In this document: positions 26,414-34,889 of the stretch, piece by piece
Layout of the letters: the number at the start of each line of letters is the position of its first letter
Numbering within the stretch: position 1 is the first letter of the stretch
Source: an uncultured Ruminococcus sp.
Lineage (GTDB): Bacteria > Bacillota > Clostridia > Oscillospirales > CAG-272
Length of the DNA: 35,834 bases
Direction: 5' to 3'
Assembly (NCBI GenBank): GCA_902766575.1
Contig: CACXED010000087.1
Location: forward strand, 1 to 35,834
Translations under genes and position numbers: made by a program
The notes under the pieces: model-generated
The model's database searches: none
What the model saw: only the letters and a program-made list of their open reading frames with translations
What the model was told of the DNA's origin: nothing

Positions 26414-27136
26414 ATGGAATACGGACTTCAGATGTGGAGCGTCCGCGACGCTTCCGAAAAGGATCTCGCAAACGCTCTCAAGAAGGTAGCCGAGATCGGC
26501 TATAAGTACATAGAGTTCGCCGGCTTCTTCAACCATCCCGCAGAGGAAGTCAAGGCTATGCTCGACGAGTACGGACTCATCTGCAGCGGTACTCACTCGG
26601 GTCTCGGCGACCTCGACAACGACTTTGCCGGAACGGTCAAATATCACAAGACCATCGGCAACACCAACTACATACTCCCCGGCGCTCCGTGGGACACCAA
26701 AGAGGCTCTCGATTCCACCATCGAGAAGCTCAACAAGTACAAGCCGATGCTCGCCGCTGAGGGCATCACCCTCGGCTATCACAACCACGACGGCGAGTTC
26801 AGACCCAACAAGGACGGTCAGATCGCTCACGAGGAGATGGAGAAGCGCACCGACGTCAACTTTGAAATCGACACCTACTGGGCTTTCGTCGCCGGACGCG
26901 ATCCTATCGAGACCATCACCCGTCTCAAGGACAGAGTAAATGTCATTCACCTCAAGGACGGCACTCTCGATAAGCACGGCAAGGCGCTCGGCGAGGGCGA
27001 AGCTCCCGTTGCCGCAGTCCGCGCCAAGGCTATCGAGCTCGGTATGCGCATGGTCGTCGAGAGCGAGGGTCTCCAGCCCACCGGTCTCGAGGAGGTCGCG
27101 CGCTGCATGAAGTTCCTCAGATCGCTCGAAAAGTAA
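26414..27136 (+). CDS. sugar phosphate isomerase/epimerase (xylose-isomerase-like TIM barrel), copy 2
   Basis: 240 aa, roughly two-thirds identical by eye to copy 1 over the full length. The similarity extends into the SD region (aaggagaaaaa(a)tcATG). Confidence 0.82.
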   Translation: MEYGLQMWSVRDASEKDLANALKKVAEIGYKYIEFAGFFNHPAEEVKAMLDEYGLICSGTHSGLGDLDNDFAGTVKYHKTIGNTNYILPGAPWDTKEALDSTIEKLNKYKPMLAAEGITLGYHNHDGEFRPNKDGQIAHEEMEKRTDVNFEIDTYWAFVAGRDPIETITRLKDRVNVIHLKDGTLDKHGKALGEGEAPVAAVRAKAIELGMRMVVESEGLQPTGLEEVARCMKFLRSLEK

Positions 27137-27153
27137 TTTCTTAACAGCAAAAC

Positions 27154-27192
27154 GCTCCGGAAAGCCGTTCGTCGGTCTCCGGAGCTTTTTTT
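27154..27192. terminator. bidirectional terminator between isomerase copy 2 and araC-family gene
   Basis: GCTCCGGA (27154-27161) pairs with TCCGGAGC (27178-27185), followed by TTTTTTT. The minus strand reads GTTTTG after the stem. Confidence 0.7.
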
Positions 27193-28117
27193 ATTTCTGC
27201 AGCCTTTCGCTTCTGAACTTTGCGGGCGTAACTCCCATCGCGCGCTTGAAGTAGACGATGAAATGCGAGCAGTCGGTGAATCCCGAGGTAAAGCAGGCGT
27301 CGGTCACCGACTTCCCCTCTCCGAGCATCCGACGCGCCTCGTCAAGCCGGACGTCAGTCAGATAGCGGTAGGGCGACGTGTGCAGCCACTCCTTGAATAT
27401 CCGCGAAAGATACGAGGCGCTGATCCCGAACCGCCCGGCTATCGTCCCGACCGAGTCTATCACGGCGTAGTCGCTGTGGATATAGGCGAGGATCTCGGTC
27501 AGCAGTGGAGGAGCGGCTCCGAGCGGTCTGCCCGCTCCCTTTCGCGCGGCGCAGAGCTCGTGAAGCAGCTCCATAATCGTGATCCTCAGTCCCATCATGC
27601 GCTCGGGCTCCATGCCGAGGTATTTCTGATAGCGCTCCAGCCTTGCCAGCATCGCGTCGCGTTTTGGCGCTTCAAATGAGATCACGTTGGGATATCCCCG
27701 GCGCTCGAACAGACGCTCGATAAGCTCGCCGTCCGGGAGATAGGGGATCAGCGCGGGATTTATCAGCAGATAATAGCGGATATAGCGGCTCGGCTCGCTC
27801 TCAATGCCCATATGCCGGTCGCCGGGAGCAAAGAGTATGCAGTCGCCGGGCTCAGCCTCGAACACTGTATTTTCGCTCATGAATTTCCGGCTGCTCCTGA
27901 GGTGGACGATGATCTCGTAATAATCCTGCGTGTGCGTATTCATGCCGTAGTTGATGTGATAGGAGTCGTTGTAGCTGTAGAGCATCTGCCACTCCATCGG
28001 CGCATTTGGAACAAAATCGACCTTTATCTGTCTGAACTGACGCCCGACAGAGTTCATTACCATCCCTATGGTCGTATGGCAGTTGGGCGCGCTGAAGCCG
28101 CTGTTCACGATTTGCAT
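27191..28117 (-). CDS. AraC family transcriptional regulator (cupin-like N-domain plus HTH)
   Basis: The C-terminal HTH segments are IAGRFGISASYLSRIFKEW and CFTSGFTDCSHFIVYFKRAMGVTPAKFR. I chose ATG 28117 (GGGTGA SD); the track start 28135 is a TTG. Confidence 0.9.
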   Translation of the reverse strand: MQIVNSGFSAPNCHTTIGMVMNSVGRQFRQIKVDFVPNAPMEWQMLYSYNDSYHINYGMNTHTQDYYEIIVHLRSSRKFMSENTVFEAEPGDCILFAPGDRHMGIESEPSRYIRYYLLINPALIPYLPDGELIERLFERRGYPNVISFEAPKRDAMLARLERYQKYLGMEPERMMGLRITIMELLHELCAARKGAGRPLGAAPPLLTEILAYIHSDYAVIDSVGTIAGRFGISASYLSRIFKEWLHTSPYRYLTDVRLDEARRMLGEGKSVTDACFTSGFTDCSHFIVYFKRAMGVTPAKFRSERLQK

Positions 28118-28142
28118 ATTATCACCCGATCTCAAGCTGTTT

Positions 28143-28171
28143 TTGCATAGTAATATGCCGTTTGCTATATT
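28143..28171 (+). promoter_or_regulatory. candidate promoter for the SBP / 698-aa gene pair
   Basis: TTGCAT, a 17-nt spacer, then TATATT. This would give a 5' UTR of about 250 nt. Confidence 0.4.
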
Positions 28172-28212
28172 ATAATATAATTATAGCACATATATCGAAA
28201 GCAGTCAATAAT

Positions 28213-28413
28213 TTAGGGCAACACCGCACAATTCTAAGTGCGCAGGATGCGCAGGACTTGCTTAGCAAGTCCTCAGATTCTTTCGTCAGACACAGTAAAA
28301 ATCCGCAGGCAGGGTACCGCCCCTGTCAAGGATTTTTGCGAAGTATGGCGGAAAAGATGCAAGCAGATGCGTGCTTAAGGCGTGAGCCGTGAATTGTGCG
28401 GTATTGCCTTAAG
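28213..28413 (+). promoter_or_regulatory. highly structured 5' UTR element (long-range 21-bp helix enclosing several hairpins)
   Basis: TTAGGGCAACACCGCACAATT (28213-28233) pairs with AATTGTGCGGTATTGCCTTAA (28392-28412), with one mismatch and one G-T. Internal hairpins lie at 28253-28273 and 28297-28337. CTTAAGGC/GCCTTAAG (28374-28381 / 28406-28413) is a competing helix. Confidence 0.45.
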
Positions 28414-28430
28414 AAAGGATGGTAACAAAT

Positions 28431-29894
28431 ATGTACAAAAAGCGATCTCTTGCAGCTATACTGGCAGCCGTTCTGCTTCTCGCGTCCTGCGGACAGTCGG
28501 GATCGGAGTCGGACGTCACCTCTCAGGACACCGGCGCGCAGACCTCAGCCGAGCAGACCACGGCAGACTATCTTTCGACGATAGAGGCCTTCGATTTCGG
28601 CGGAGAGCCTTTCCGCATCGTCGTCAACAGTATGTCCGACCGTCCGAACCTCCACGAGGAGGAGCACACCGGCGAGGTCATCAACGACGCTATGGTCGAC
28701 CGCGACCGTAAGATCGAGGAGATGTTCAAAACCAAGCTCGAATACACCGCCTACGAAGCCCGGCTTGAGCTGAGCGCCGATCTCAGAAGGCTCATCAGCG
28801 CCGGAGACGACGTATACGACGTTATCATCACCACTCCCTACGAGGGCATCAACGTCTTTGCGCTGAACGGTATGCTGTCCGACCTGTCGTCGATCGGCAC
28901 GCTCGACCTCTCAGCCGACTGGTGGAGCGCTTCGATGAACGAGGCTATGACTCACAACGGCAGGACCTACGCAACCGCCGGACCGATGGCGCTCTGCTAC
29001 TGCTACTCGCCCTATGCGTTCTTCGTCAATCTGAATATGGCTGAGGACTATGAGCTCCCAGACGTTTACGAGCTGGTCAGAAGCGGAAAATGGACTCTCG
29101 ACAGCATGACCTCGATGATGAAGGGCATCTCCGAGGATCTGAACAGCGACGGCGCTATGGGGCTTGACGACCGCTACGGACTCGTAACGACCCTTGAAGC
29201 CGGAAAGGCGTTCTACCTCGGCTGCGGTCAGCGCATGGCGGTCAAGACCGACAGCGGCGCCGAATTAAAAATGGACGGCAAGTCCGCTATCGACGTGCTC
29301 GAAAAGCTCTCGTCGATAATGATGACCGACGATACGATCTGCGCCGACGGAAAGATTTCGGGCATGGGCGCGACCTCCGACGCAAAGATCAGGTTCTTCC
29401 TTGAAGCAAGAGCGCTGTTCACCGCGTCGCCGCTCCAGTGGGGAGTCATCAACTTCCGCGACATGAAGGACGATTACGCTATCCTCCCCTATCCCAAGTA
29501 CGACGAGGCTCAGGACAGCTACTACACCCATATGAACTCCTATTTCCCCTACGGAATCGCGATTCCGATCACCAACACCCGTCTCGACGAGACCGGAGCG
29601 GTGATGGAGGCTATGGCTTACCTGTCGCAGACCACTATTCTCCCGAAGATCAACGAGGTCGTCTTAAAAGAGAAGATCGCCCGCGACGAGGATTCAAAGG
29701 AGATGCTCGATATACTGTTTGAAAACGTCATAATCGACCTCAACACGATATTCGACTTCGGCGGCTCGGCGAGACTGCTTCGCAGCTTCGCGGTCGGAGA
29801 GTCGGAGAATTTCGTATCCTCCTATGCGTCGAAGAAAAGCGTCGCCGAGGCGGATATGCAGGCAATGTTCGAAGCCTATGAAAAGCTCGGCTGA
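28431..29894 (+). CDS. extracellular solute-binding lipoprotein (ABC-transporter SBP, large LplA-like type)
   Basis: MYKKRSLAAILAAVLLLASCGQ carries a canonical LASC lipobox. It is a paralogue of 17660-19144. I chose ATG 28431; the track ATG 28419 overlaps the SD AAAGGA. Confidence 0.85.
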   Translation: MYKKRSLAAILAAVLLLASCGQSGSESDVTSQDTGAQTSAEQTTADYLSTIEAFDFGGEPFRIVVNSMSDRPNLHEEEHTGEVINDAMVDRDRKIEEMFKTKLEYTAYEARLELSADLRRLISAGDDVYDVIITTPYEGINVFALNGMLSDLSSIGTLDLSADWWSASMNEAMTHNGRTYATAGPMALCYCYSPYAFFVNLNMAEDYELPDVYELVRSGKWTLDSMTSMMKGISEDLNSDGAMGLDDRYGLVTTLEAGKAFYLGCGQRMAVKTDSGAELKMDGKSAIDVLEKLSSIMMTDDTICADGKISGMGATSDAKIRFFLEARALFTASPLQWGVINFRDMKDDYAILPYPKYDEAQDSYYTHMNSYFPYGIAIPITNTRLDETGAVMEAMAYLSQTTILPKINEVVLKEKIARDEDSKEMLDILFENVIIDLNTIFDFGGSARLLRSFAVGESENFVSSYASKKSVAEADMQAMFEAYEKLG

Positions 29895-29923
29895 GCTTAA
29901 TCACCCGGAGGAATCAATTCAAT

Positions 29924-32020
29924 ATGCTAAACCGTTATCGCACACTTCTCAAGAACTGGATACGCTCGCAGCGGGAATATATCGCGTCGCCCGCGGATCG
30001 TCCTGACCTCGCATTTTACGGCACCGGAACCGACCGCTGGGGAATCCAGACCCACATGAAGGGCTTCTCAGCCTTTGCGGTCATCGCCGCCGACGACGAA
30101 GCCGGTCACGAGGACTGCGGCTATACGCAGTCGGAGCTGATCGAGCTGTCGCTGAAAATGCTCCGCTTCACGCTTGAGTCGCATATCACCGGCTCGTATC
30201 ACTGCATGGACGGCGAGAGCGCGCACTGGGGACACCACTGGCTCGCCGCGCTGGCGACCGAGCGTATGCTCCACGGCGTCGACGCGCTCTGGCAGTACCT
30301 GACCGACGGCGATAAAAAAAGACTCCGCGAGGTACTGCTCTCCGAAGCCGACTATCTCGTCGACGAGCGGGCTGTCGAGGCGAACGAGATCTCGCCGAAC
30401 GTACCCGAGTCGAACCTCTGGAGCGGAGCGGCTCTGCACAGAGCGGCTCTGATGTATCCCGACGCTCCGCGCGCCGACGAGTACAGAGCTCACGGCACAA
30501 AGCTGCTCTTAAACTCGATCTCGGTGCCGTCGGACAGAACGTCGGATAAGCTCTACGCCGGAAAGCCGATGTCCGAGTGGTTCGTCGGAGCCAACTTCTT
30601 TGAGGAATACGCGCTGAATCATCACAGCTATATGAACGTCGGCTACATGGTGATCTGCCTTTCGAACATGGCGATGTTCCACTTTGCCTGCAAGCGGATG
30701 GGAGTCGAGGCTCCGCCCGAGCTCTATCATCACCTCGCAGACCTCTGGAAGCTGGTGCGCACCTTCATTTTCGACGACGGCAGGCTCTACCGCATCGGCG
30801 GAGATACCCGCGTGAGATACTGCTACTGTCAGGATTATCTGACCCCGGTGCTGGCTCTGGTGCGCGACGTGCTCGGCGAGGACATGAGCTCCGAGGAATC
30901 GGGCTGGCTCTCGATGCTCGAGACCGAGACCGCATACAACGGCGACGGCAGCTTTCTCGGCGAGCGCTGCGAGCTTTTCCGCGAGCGCTCCATACTCTAC
31001 TACACAAGGCTCGAGTCGGATCGCGCCTGCACGCTCTCTATGGTCTATCTCTGGCGGAAGCTCTATCCCGAGATCTTCACCCGACCGGCAAAAAAGGAGC
31101 CGAAATACAACCTCTGGGAGGGCAAATATCACGGCTCGTACTATGTGCGCGGGGAAAAGCGCATGGCGGCGTTCACCTGGATCTCCGCCGAGCGCCCGAT
31201 GGGCAGCATAGTCCCAACCTCCGACAGCTCGATGGCTGAGTCGAAATTCAATCTCGTCAGCTTTGCAGACGGCGTAGGGATCTCGAACTTCTGCTCAATC
31301 GGCGAGCACGGCGGCAGGCTCATCGACGGCGGCTTCATCACGTCGGGCGCGCTCACCTACGTCACCGCCGGACTGCTCGAGGAGAACGACTCGCAGAACG
31401 AGAACGCCGAAAACCGACTTTTCTTCTGCGCTCTGCCCGACGACCGCACGGTCGTGACGATGCAGTATTGCCGGGCGATAAGGCGCTGCCGTCTGCTCAG
31501 CACTCAGCCGCTGAATTACAATCTGCCCAACGACATCTGGAACGGCGAAAAGCGGCTCTACGAAAGGAAGAACGGCTCGCTGACCATCGACGGCAGGCTG
31601 ACCGTCACATCTGTCTACGGCGGCGAGGTCAGAGTGCGTCACAACGAGAAGCGCACTATCGGCGTCCAGCATATCAATATGCCAAAAATCAGCCTTACGA
31701 ACACCTCGATCTACGGCGACCGGGGTATGCTGCGGGTAGATCAGCTGCTCATCGGCGGCTCGGACGACGCGGCTTGGTACGACGCGGGCTCGACCGTGTT
31801 CGACTTCGGAGCGGTGATCAGAACCGACGCTCAGCCGGCTGTGACCGAGAGCTTTTCCGACGGCGATATCCGCGCGGTAAAGGTTATCGGCGCGGACGAT
31901 CGCCAGTACATCGCGGCGGTCAACTTCGGAGACGCGGAGTTTTGCTCGGAGATTTTCGGTGTGAAGCTCTCGCTCGGAGCGCGGGAATGTCGGCTTTTTG
32001 CGGATAGAATCGAGCTTTAA
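29924..32020 (+). CDS. uncharacterised 698-aa protein; possible (alpha/alpha)-toroid plus beta-sandwich polysaccharide-lyase/heparinase II/III-like fold
   Basis: GGAGGA SD, 29 nt after the SBP stop, with no signal peptide. The helical N-half contains LNHHSYMNVGY, resembling the NNHSYW motif of alginate-lyase/heparinase-type toroids. The C-half is beta-rich. Function is an inference only. Confidence 0.6.
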   Translation: MLNRYRTLLKNWIRSQREYIASPADRPDLAFYGTGTDRWGIQTHMKGFSAFAVIAADDEAGHEDCGYTQSELIELSLKMLRFTLESHITGSYHCMDGESAHWGHHWLAALATERMLHGVDALWQYLTDGDKKRLREVLLSEADYLVDERAVEANEISPNVPESNLWSGAALHRAALMYPDAPRADEYRAHGTKLLLNSISVPSDRTSDKLYAGKPMSEWFVGANFFEEYALNHHSYMNVGYMVICLSNMAMFHFACKRMGVEAPPELYHHLADLWKLVRTFIFDDGRLYRIGGDTRVRYCYCQDYLTPVLALVRDVLGEDMSSEESGWLSMLETETAYNGDGSFLGERCELFRERSILYYTRLESDRACTLSMVYLWRKLYPEIFTRPAKKEPKYNLWEGKYHGSYYVRGEKRMAAFTWISAERPMGSIVPTSDSSMAESKFNLVSFADGVGISNFCSIGEHGGRLIDGGFITSGALTYVTAGLLEENDSQNENAENRLFFCALPDDRTVVTMQYCRAIRRCRLLSTQPLNYNLPNDIWNGEKRLYERKNGSLTIDGRLTVTSVYGGEVRVRHNEKRTIGVQHINMPKISLTNTSIYGDRGMLRVDQLLIGGSDDAAWYDAGSTVFDFGAVIRTDAQPAVTESFSDGDIRAVKVIGADDRQYIAAVNFGDAEFCSEIFGVKLSLGARECRLFADRIEL

Positions 32021-32038
32021 TTAAAATTCAGACAAAAC

Positions 32039-32076
32039 CGGGAGGAGCGCCCAAAGCGCTCCTCCCGTACATTTTT
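32039..32076. terminator. bidirectional terminator between the 698-aa gene and GH2
   Basis: CGGGAGGAGCGC-ccaaa-GCGCTCCTCCCG (12-bp stem) followed by tacaTTTTT. An A-rich run lies upstream. Confidence 0.85.
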
Positions 32077-32089
32077 CGCTCAAAACGGC

Positions 32090-34699
32090 TTATTCGGCCA
32101 GAACGGTTATTCCGACGCCGTAGCGTCCGCTCCGCCTGCCAAAGAGCGAGAGCCCCGCGTCGTCGACCATTCTGAAGGTCAGTCCGAAGGAATCGCTCTC
32201 GAGCCCGAGCAGCAGCCGGGACGGGATATTCACATCGCAGAGATAGCCGTAGCTTCCCGCTTCGTCGAGCTCGTCGTCGGCCGGCTGATAGTGGTGCGAC
32301 AGCGCGCCTCTTGAGTCCGCCGGGCAGTCGGGCAGCAGAAGCTCCGCGAATCTTTCGCCGTTGAACAGCAGCTCGAGCCGTCCGGGATTTTTGTTCTCGT
32401 CGGTCTGCGGGAAGGAGTTCCGGTTCGCGCCGGGATCGCAGCGGTAGCCGAGCATATAGTTCATGTCGATCTTACCCTGATCGGCCCCGTTCGGGCGGTC
32501 GTGGGTCATAGCCTCTCTCGTCGACGCCTCGAATACGACTCTCAGTCCCGAACATTCGTCATAGCCGGGTATGTCCGCGAGCTTCACCTGCACGCTGAAC
32601 TCTCCCGCTCCGAGCCCCGAGAGCTTCGCTCCGTCAATCGCAGGTATCGTCGTCTCAAAACCGCTCGTGAGCTGCTTCGGCTCGATTTCGAGCGCGTCGG
32701 GACGCTCGCCCTCGACGTCGAACAGCAGGCAGTTCGACATAATCCGCTCTCCGCCGTCGTAGAGCGACCAGCCGAGCTCGGCGATTCCGTCGTGCTCGGG
32801 GATCTCGAGCTTTATCGCTCCCGCCGGGAAGGTTCCCCAGCTTCTCCAGACGATAGAGTATTCTCCGCCGTCGGCGATCACGTCGCCCTTTATCGGGTCG
32901 CGGAGCTTCAGCTCCCAGACCACGTCGAGCACCGAGCCGTGCCGCCTGTCGGTGAAGCTCGAGCCGAACATCGGGATATTGACGAGATATCCAGCGCGAA
33001 CTGTCGTCATCGGCGCGAAATCGGCTCCGAGGTAGTCCTGCGAGTGCAGATCGCGCAGGCTCGTGCCGTACTCCGAGTAGCCGAAGTCCTTGTCGCCGTT
33101 GTCGATTTTATAGAAGCCGTTGAACTCGTTCACGACGTCGTGGAACTCGGTGAAAACGAAGCCGCAGAGCCTGTCGTGCAGTCTGAACTCGTTGATCATA
33201 TAGCGGTACTGCCACGAGATATCGCTGTCTCCGGCGTTGTTCTTGATACCCCAGACGTTGCCGCACTCGCTGTTCATGCAGGGAACGTCAGCCATCGAGT
33301 AGCCCTGCTTATAGTTCGCCTGCGAGCCGACATACGCTCCGGCGCAGAAGTCGTCGACGACCTTTTTGACCCGCTCGTAGCCGTTGCTGTAGAAATGCCA
33401 TGTGTTGATATCGGTGACGGTATGGTCGCGGTTGCAGGGCGAGTTGTCCTCGACAAGGCGGGTCGGGTCAAGCTCCTTTGCCCGGCGCTGACAGCTCTCG
33501 ACCCACTTTGCGGTCTCGGGGAGATAGGCGTTGCCCTCGGAGCCGTCGGGCTTTCTGACCTTTGTCCAGAGACCCCAGGTCTCGTTGAAGATTACCCAGC
33601 AGAAGGTCGACGGGTGATTGCGGTCGCGGAGTATCTGAGCCTCCATCTCGCGCTCGAACTGTTCCTTTACCGGCTCGGTCGGCTCGCCCCAGAAGCAGGG
33701 GATATCCTCCATTATGAGAAGTCCGAGCCTGTCGGCGTAGTAGAGCTTGAGCGGCTCCTCAGCCTTGATGTGGATCCGCGCCATATTGATGCCGATGCGC
33801 TTGAGCCGGAGGATCTCGTCGCGGCAGTCGCCGTCCGACGGGAGCGTGAAGAAGCCTTTCGGGTTGAACGACTGGTCGAGCACGCCGTTTATGAAATAGG
33901 GCTTGCCGTTGAGGGTTATGTAGCGGTTTCCGTGCTCGCCGAAGACGCCGCTGCCGATCTCGCGGATGCCGAAGTAGGTCGAGACGATATCGCTGCCGCC
34001 GTTCACGGTCAGAATGAGCCGTCCGTCGTAGAGCGCCGGGTTCTCGGGAGTCCAGAGCTCGGGGTTCTCGAGCCTGAATTCAAGCTCGGCGCGACGGTCG
34101 ACAACTCTCGCCTGCGCCTTTATCCCGCCGAAGTCGGCGAGCAGAGTCCCGCCCTCCGAATGGGACGAGAGCTCGACCTCATAGCGTATCCTGCCGTCGA
34201 GCGAGGTTTTGACGAAGAAGCTCTCGATATACGCCTCGGGACGCGACTCGAGCCAGACCGTCTGCCAGATGCCGCGGGCGTCGCCGTAGCCCTGCTTGCC
34301 GTAGGTCTGGGAGCGCTCAGCCCTGTCGGTCGCGGAGACCTCAATGACGTTCTCCCCGACGAGATTCCAGAGCTGCGTGATATCGAACTCAAAGCGCGAA
34401 TATCCTCCGCGGTGAGAGCCGACCCTCTCGCCGTTGATAAAGACCTCGCAGTCGTAGTCGACCGCTCCGAATACGATGAATATCCGCTCGCCGGACGGAT
34501 TCCACGAGACCCGGCGGCGGTACCAGCCCTTCCCGCTGTGCGAGTCGGAGATCCCCGAGAGCGGGCTTCCCCACGGATAGGGGACGTTGATCGCAAGCTC
34601 GTAGGTCGGCGACTCAAACGAGAAATCCCACTCGCCGTTTAGGTTCAGCCACTCGCCTCTCGCAAAGGACGGATCGGGGAACATTATTTTTGTGATCAT
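32090..34699 (-). CDS. glycoside hydrolase family 2 protein (beta-galactosidase/glucuronidase-like)
   Basis: 869 aa with a sugar-binding N-domain (WYRR, NVIEVSATD). The TIM barrel carries RDRNHPSTFCWVIFNETWG (acid/base NE) and NSECG (nucleophile E). GGAGGA SD is present. Confidence 0.9.
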   Translation of the reverse strand: MITKIMFPDPSFARGEWLNLNGEWDFSFESPTYELAINVPYPWGSPLSGISDSHSGKGWYRRRVSWNPSGERIFIVFGAVDYDCEVFINGERVGSHRGGYSRFEFDITQLWNLVGENVIEVSATDRAERSQTYGKQGYGDARGIWQTVWLESRPEAYIESFFVKTSLDGRIRYEVELSSHSEGGTLLADFGGIKAQARVVDRRAELEFRLENPELWTPENPALYDGRLILTVNGGSDIVSTYFGIREIGSGVFGEHGNRYITLNGKPYFINGVLDQSFNPKGFFTLPSDGDCRDEILRLKRIGINMARIHIKAEEPLKLYYADRLGLLIMEDIPCFWGEPTEPVKEQFEREMEAQILRDRNHPSTFCWVIFNETWGLWTKVRKPDGSEGNAYLPETAKWVESCQRRAKELDPTRLVEDNSPCNRDHTVTDINTWHFYSNGYERVKKVVDDFCAGAYVGSQANYKQGYSMADVPCMNSECGNVWGIKNNAGDSDISWQYRYMINEFRLHDRLCGFVFTEFHDVVNEFNGFYKIDNGDKDFGYSEYGTSLRDLHSQDYLGADFAPMTTVRAGYLVNIPMFGSSFTDRRHGSVLDVVWELKLRDPIKGDVIADGGEYSIVWRSWGTFPAGAIKLEIPEHDGIAELGWSLYDGGERIMSNCLLFDVEGERPDALEIEPKQLTSGFETTIPAIDGAKLSGLGAGEFSVQVKLADIPGYDECSGLRVVFEASTREAMTHDRPNGADQGKIDMNYMLGYRCDPGANRNSFPQTDENKNPGRLELLFNGERFAELLLPDCPADSRGALSHHYQPADDELDEAGSYGYLCDVNIPSRLLLGLESDSFGLTFRMVDDAGLSLFGRRSGRYGVGITVLAE

Positions 34700-34740
34700 T
34701 TATTTTTCCTCCGAAATGAAGTTACATAAGTTCCATAATA

Positions 34741-34769
34741 ATTATAAACTCTGCCGCCGCGGCTGTCAA
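34741..34769 (-). promoter_or_regulatory. consensus sigma-70 promoter for GH2
   Basis: Minus strand reads exact TTGACA, a 17-nt spacer, then TATAAT. Confidence 0.7.
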
Positions 34770-34810
34770 TAAAAAAATTTGCAGTTTGCCCGAAAAAATT
34801 GACAGGATCA

Positions 34811-34839
34811 TTGACAATCGCCGCAGAGTGTGATATAAT
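34811..34839 (+). promoter_or_regulatory. consensus sigma-70 promoter for the BNR/sialidase-like gene
   Basis: Exact TTGACA, a 17-nt spacer ending TGa, then TATAAT. A second TTGACA lies 12 nt upstream (34799-34804). Confidence 0.7.
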
Positions 34840-34889
34840 TCAGCTGCGGAGAATCATAATCCCGAGATTTACTAATTTAGGAGAAAAAT

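Noticed and set aside
28213-28412. Interpretation of the 21-bp terminal inverted repeats as a MITE-type mobile element.
   Set aside because: There is no target-site duplication flanking the arms and no second copy anywhere in the window. The 3' arm abuts the SD and has competing local helices, which fits an RNA element better. It cannot be excluded without a genome-wide copy search, so it is kept as an alternative in the finding.
32501-34642. 713-aa plus-strand ORF antisense to the GH2 gene.
   Set aside because: The same compositional artefact. GH2 on the minus strand carries the catalytic NE and E motifs, an SD, a consensus promoter and a terminator. The antisense frame has none of these.
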